NCBI GenBank assembly: GCA_963668645.2
Contig: CAXXWC010000018.1
Span: forward strand, 256,001-320,000
DNA: 64,000 nt
Origin: Desulfobacterales bacterium
GTDB taxonomy: Bacteria > Desulfobacterota > Desulfobacteria > Desulfobacterales > UBA2174
Reading direction: 5' to 3'
In this document: piece by piece, positions 60,008 through 64,000 of the stretch
Numbering within the stretch: the first letter of the stretch is position 1
How the letters are laid out: each line of letters starts with the position of its first letter
The notes under the pieces: model-generated
Seen by the model: the letters and a program-made list of their open reading frames with translations, nothing else
Databases searched by the model: none
Told to the model about the DNA's origin: nothing
Position numbers and translations under genes: made by a program

Positions 60008-60850
60008 TTAAAGAAGTGCGTTGAGCTTCTCCAACTCTCCAGCCACCATCTTGTAGGCGTGCTCTTCCCGGGGAAAATCGCCTTTGCGGGTGTCCTGGGC
60101 GTACTGCTGGAAGGCTTCGACAGTTTTTTGGCCCAGATTTTCGTATTTTTTCACAAATTTAGGCGTGAATGCTTGGAAAATGCCCAGAACGTCGCTGCAG
60201 ATCATAAGCTGGCCATCCGCTTCCCATCCAGCACCGATGCTGTAAACAGGAATACTCAGTTTGTCGCGAATGATGCCGCAAACTTCCGGCGGGACCGCTT
60301 CGACCAACAGGGCAAAGGCACCGGCGGCCTCGATAGCTAGGGCGTCGTCGATGAGGTCCCTGGCGGCTTCGGCCGTTCGTCCCTGGGCCTTGAAGCCGCC
60401 AAGCATGCCTGAACTCTGGGGGGTCAGCCCGATGTGTCCCATTACCAGCATGCCGCCGTCAGCGATGGCCTGAATTTGAGCACATACACGGCGGCCGCCT
60501 TCCAACTTGATCGCATCGACGCCGGCTTCCTTGTGGAACCGGCCGGCATTGCGTACCGCGTCTTCGACGCTGACCTGATATGACAAAAAGGGCATGTCGC
60601 CGATGACGAAGGTGTTGGGCGCACCTCGGCGTACCGCTTCGCAGTGATAGATGCACTGATCCATGGTGACCGGGACCGTGCCACTGTATCCGTAAATGCA
60701 CATCCCCAGGGAGTCGCCCACCAGAATCATGTCCATTCCGGCCTGTTCCGCGAACGAGGCCGTCCAGTAGTCGTATGCGGTCACCCAAACCGCTTTGTGG
60801 CCTTCGTTTTTCATCTTCAGCAGATCAAAACGCGTTATTTTTTTACTCAT
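60008..60850 (-). CDS. panB: 3-methyl-2-oxobutanoate hydroxymethyltransferase
   Basis: TAYDY, LVGDSLG, DMPF.SY, KLEGG, GHIGLTPQ, IGAG..ADGQ. Confidence 0.9.
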   Translation of the reverse strand: MSKKITRFDLLKMKNEGHKAVWVTAYDYWTASFAEQAGMDMILVGDSLGMCIYGYSGTVPVTMDQCIYHCEAVRRGAPNTFVIGDMPFLSYQVSVEDAVRNAGRFHKEAGVDAIKLEGGRRVCAQIQAIADGGMLVMGHIGLTPQSSGMLGGFKAQGRTAEAARDLIDDALAIEAAGAFALLVEAVPPEVCGIIRDKLSIPVYSIGAGWEADGQLMICSDVLGIFQAFTPKFVKKYENLGQKTVEAFQQYAQDTRKGDFPREEHAYKMVAGELEKLNALL

Positions 60851-60898
60851 GGTGCCTTACCTCTTCTTTTACGTTATCGGTGAATTGCTAAATTTGAC

Positions 60899-61687
60899 TT
60901 AAAATCCCGGTGCTCCGATTTGGTTGGATATTTTCTGGCACAGCGCCAACAGCATGGTTTGGATCTTATCGATCTTATGATCGGTCATGCGCGGGGTAGG
61001 GCCGGATACGCTTATGGCATAGGAAGGTTTGCCCGTATAATCGAACACCGGCGCCGCTACGCACCGCAAACCGAGACTCAACTCTTCATCATCGAGCGCG
61101 TAGCCGCGTTGCCGGATTTGGGCCAGCTCGGCCTTCAGGCGCACTGGATCGGTTATGGTTTTGGGAGAAATCGTTGCCAGTTCGGTCGACGCGAGATAAG
61201 TATTGAATTCCGATTCCGGCAAAAAAGCCAATACGGCCTTGCCCAGTCCGGTGCAGTAGGCTGGCGCAACCGCTCCCATACCCACGTCGAGACGCAGGAT
61301 TTCAGTGCTGTTGATTTTATCCAGGTGTGCAATGGCCTTGCCGTTCCAGTGACCTAGGTTAACCGTCTCGCCGAAAGCCAGGGCGAGCTCTTGCATGTAA
61401 GGATGGGCTGTGTGTCGGATCTCGAAACCGGCGAGTTTTCGCATGCCCAATTCAAGAACCTTGAAGGTCAGCTGGAAACGTCCTTCAGCAGTTTTTTCCA
61501 GATATCCCAAATCCAGTAATGTTGTTAAAAACCGGTGGCTAACAGCCCGACTTGTGTTCATATGGACAGCGACTTTGGAGGCGGAGATGGCGCCCTCGGA
61601 AGCTATCAGTTCCAGGATATGAAGGCCTTTAGCCAGAGAGGAGATAAAATAATATTTTTCGCCTTTGGAGGGCATAAGCGACCTCAT
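60899..61687 (-). CDS. IclR-family transcriptional regulator
   Basis: SLAKGLHILE, GETVNLG, PAYCTGLGKA, RGYALDDEE. Confidence 0.92.
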   Translation of the reverse strand: MRSLMPSKGEKYYFISSLAKGLHILELIASEGAISASKVAVHMNTSRAVSHRFLTTLLDLGYLEKTAEGRFQLTFKVLELGMRKLAGFEIRHTAHPYMQELALAFGETVNLGHWNGKAIAHLDKINSTEILRLDVGMGAVAPAYCTGLGKAVLAFLPESEFNTYLASTELATISPKTITDPVRLKAELAQIRQRGYALDDEELSLGLRCVAAPVFDYTGKPSYAISVSGPTPRMTDHKIDKIQTMLLALCQKISNQIGAPGF

Positions 61688-61721
61688 GCAATGAGCATGG
61701 TTTGGAAAAGAAACGATCTAT

Positions 61722-61784
61722 GTCACACTATGTGTGACTATGTATATGATAGATACATTAAACGATACGGATCCAAGTTGTCAA
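61722..61784 (-). promoter_or_regulatory. Promoter (TTGACA-18-TAATGT) and perfect 7-3-7 palindrome GTCACAC-TAT-GTGTGAC upstream of iclR-panB
   Basis: -35 at 61784-61779, -10 at 61760-61755 (minus strand); palindrome at 61722-61738. Confidence 0.55.
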
Positions 61785-62099
61785 GTATTTTCAGCGGTTA
61801 AAAATATGACAGGGATTTGACGATAAGCATCTGGAAAATTAGTAAAAATAATTTTTCTGACTGGATTGCTGCGGGGCAACATCGAGTGAGAAGAGTTGAT
61901 ATTCATGAAGCCGGAGCGCACCCTTCGCGTCTCGTCTCGTAGAATAGGCCGCAAGGTGGAATGCTCCCGGTATCAGGAACCGGGCCGGTTTGACAGAATA
62001 CGGCCCCAGGGGGTAAAGCCTGGCAAGGCATTTGGAATTGTTGCCGTGCCCGAACGAAGGGAGCGGTATGGAGAGGTAAATGCGGAGGAACGTGCTTAA

Positions 62100-62414
62100 A
62101 TGGCGGTTTACGAGTATGAACATCTCGGCCCGGCCTGCCCGCGCGGCCGGATTTTCGAAGCGGTCCAGTCGATCCACGACGATTCGCTCACCGTCTGCCC
62201 AGACTGCGGCCGGCCCGTGCGCCGGTTGATTTCTCTGGTGGGGATCAGTACGCCCAAAGGCAACAGCGAGCTGCGGGACCTGGGATTTACCAAACTGGTC
62301 AAGCGCGACGACGGGGTCTACGAAAACGTCACCGCCCGCAACGGCGAGAGCCGCTACATGCAGCGTGGCCGGCCCGAAACCATGCCTGACCTGTCCAAGA
62401 CGATCAAAGATTGA
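62100..62414 (+). CDS. FmdB-family zinc-ribbon protein
   Basis: YEY....C...FEAVQ...CPDCG. Confidence 0.85.
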   Translation: MAVYEYEHLGPACPRGRIFEAVQSIHDDSLTVCPDCGRPVRRLISLVGISTPKGNSELRDLGFTKLVKRDDGVYENVTARNGESRYMQRGRPETMPDLSKTIKD

Positions 62415-62441
62415 GTCGTGTAACGGTCATTCCCACCTTGG

Positions 62442-63608
62442 TCACCGGTCATCCTTTGCCTGTTGGCTCGCCCGGCGCACCGCATCGGTGCCGAATCTGG
62501 CGGTGATCCCATCCACGGCCCGTTCGACCTTTTCCCAAGCGGCGTCGGTCCGGCGTACGCCGCTGAAAAGATCCGCCTGTACCGGGACTCCGGCCGGCAC
62601 CAGACCGGCCGCCCCCACCCCCACGAGGCGCACCGGTCGCGCCAGGCGGTATTCGGCCAGCAGCCCCACGGCGGCCTGGTGGATGGTGGTGGCGCTCTGG
62701 GTGGGGCTTTCCAGGGTTCGGCTGCGCGTGACCTGGCGAAAATCATCGTGCTTGAGTTTGAGCACCACCGTGCGGGCGCGAAATTCCTTGCGCCTCAGCT
62801 GGCGTGCCACTTCCGCGGCCTGGGCCAGGAGCAGGGCGGCCAGATCGGCCCGGTTGGCCGTATCTTCGGCCAGGGTCTGCTCTGCGCTGATCGACTTGGG
62901 ATCGCCGGCCGGTGTCACGGGCGACCGGTCCTCACCCCGGGCCAGGGCCGCCAGGCGCAAGCCGAATTTTCCCAGTCGCCGTAGGAGCTGGGCCTCGTTG
63001 AGGCGCTTGATGTCCCCCAGGGTGCGTATCCCCAGAGGGGCAAGGCGTTCAAGGGCCGCCGGCCCCACTCCGGGGACCCGGGAAAGGGGCAGGCGGTCGA
63101 TCAGCGCCGGCACCTCTTCGGGCCGGATCACGGTCAGGCCGTCGGGTTTGTCCATGTCCGAGGCGATTTTGGCCAGAAACTTGACCGGCGCAACGCCCAC
63201 CGAGCAGGTCAGGGCCACCTGCTCGCGCACCGCCGCCTTGATGCGCCGGGCGATTTCTTCGGGCGGACCGTAGATTCTGCGGCATCCGGTGACATCCAGA
63301 AAGGCCTCGTCGATGGAGACCGGCTCCACCAGGGGGGTGAACGTTTCCAGGAGCGCCATGATGCGGACGCTCACCTCCTTGTAGCGGCCCTTGCGCGGCC
63401 GGACCAGGACCGCCTGGGGGCACAGCTTGCGGGCCTGGAAGAGCGGCATGGCCGAGCGCACCCCGAAGCGGCGCGCCTCGTAGCTGGCCGCGGCCACTAC
63501 ACCGCGCGACGATGTGCCGCCCACAATGAGGCAGCGACCCTGGTAGGCCGGGTTGTCGAGCTGTTCCACCGAGGCGAAAAAAGCGTCCATGTCGATATGC
63601 AGGATCAT
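62442..63608 (-). CDS. dinB: DNA polymerase IV
   Basis: HIDMDAFFASVE, ASYEAR, SIDEAFLD, KIASD.DKPDG. Confidence 0.95.
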   Translation of the reverse strand: MILHIDMDAFFASVEQLDNPAYQGRCLIVGGTSSRGVVAAASYEARRFGVRSAMPLFQARKLCPQAVLVRPRKGRYKEVSVRIMALLETFTPLVEPVSIDEAFLDVTGCRRIYGPPEEIARRIKAAVREQVALTCSVGVAPVKFLAKIASDMDKPDGLTVIRPEEVPALIDRLPLSRVPGVGPAALERLAPLGIRTLGDIKRLNEAQLLRRLGKFGLRLAALARGEDRSPVTPAGDPKSISAEQTLAEDTANRADLAALLLAQAAEVARQLRRKEFRARTVVLKLKHDDFRQVTRSRTLESPTQSATTIHQAAVGLLAEYRLARPVRLVGVGAAGLVPAGVPVQADLFSGVRRTDAAWEKVERAVDGITARFGTDAVRRASQQAKDDR

Positions 63609-63744
63609 GTGCGGCTTGCCATGGTTTACAAAATTGTTATATACGAACGCTCATTAATCATTTCTGTTTGTCCGCGGTGCGATCGCACGGCGATTTGTTC
63701 GGCCGCCACTTCGCGCTAAGACGAACTTCAAGGAGTATGTTTGC

Positions 63745-64000
63745 ATGGCCCAGCCAACCCGGCCCATAAAGCGCATCGAGGACGTCACCCTGCTTTACGA
63801 GATCAGCCAGGCCCTCAACGAAAGCCTCGATCTGAAAAAGGCCCTCTATCGGGTCCTGGAAATTCTCGCCAGCGCCAAGCACTTGATCCGCGGCACCATC
63901 ACCATTCTCGATCTGGTGCGCAACGAAATCAATATCGAAGTCGCCCACGGGTTGCCGAGCCAGACCGTCCAGCGCGTCAAGTACAAGCTCGGTGAGGGGA
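63745..64000 (+). CDS. 5' part of a GAF-domain sigma54-dependent regulator (NifA-like), runs off the window
   Basis: Hand-translated MAQPTRPIKRIEDVTLLYEISQALNESLDLKKALYRVLEIL...IEVAHGL...YKLGEG; AGGAG RBS. Confidence 0.75.
   Translation, partial: MAQPTRPIKRIEDVTLLYEISQALNESLDLKKALYRVLEILASAKHLIRGTITILDLVRNEINIEVAHGLPSQTVQRVKYKLGEG

Noticed and set aside
63609..63740. LexA/SOS box upstream of dinB
   Set aside because: No palindrome or direct repeat matching a motif I can support
1..64000. CRISPR arrays, tRNA/rRNA genes, integrase/att sites, prophage genes
   Set aside because: No regularly spaced repeats, cloverleaf/rRNA signatures or phage/integrase ORFs seen by eye

Overview
Mosaic 64-kb window from a GC-rich bacterium, probably Desulfobacterota-like (inferred from gene style only). 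GC-rich host segments carry a cobalamin uptake/salvage operon, pfpI-serB-trans-sulfuration genes, an MBL hydrolase and aroK, fmdB-dinB, and the start of a NifA-like regulator. They alternate with visibly AT-richer accessory blocks: (i) a GntR/TRAP/amidohydrolase/2-oxoacid dehydrogenase catabolic operon; (ii) a split lasso-peptide (RiPP) locus; (iii) TTT/ArgH-like/LarA-like and PanB/U32-like/Dld catabolic operons. There are IS3 and IS21 elements plus IS4, IS1595 and older IS21 scars. The main finding is a 49-aa paeninodin-type lasso precursor missing from the ORF track (34142-34291, minus strand; core AKNVTAAESASGLTTFGPS). It sits among an unusual set of tailoring genes: HPr-kinase-like kinase, sulfotransferase, ATP-grasp ligase and nucleotidyltransferase. 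The locus appears built from two half-clusters in which only the redundant copies (second cyclase, ATP-grasp, RRE, kinase) have decayed. No tRNA, rRNA or CRISPR array was seen. All calls come from motif reading by eye; no database searches were run.
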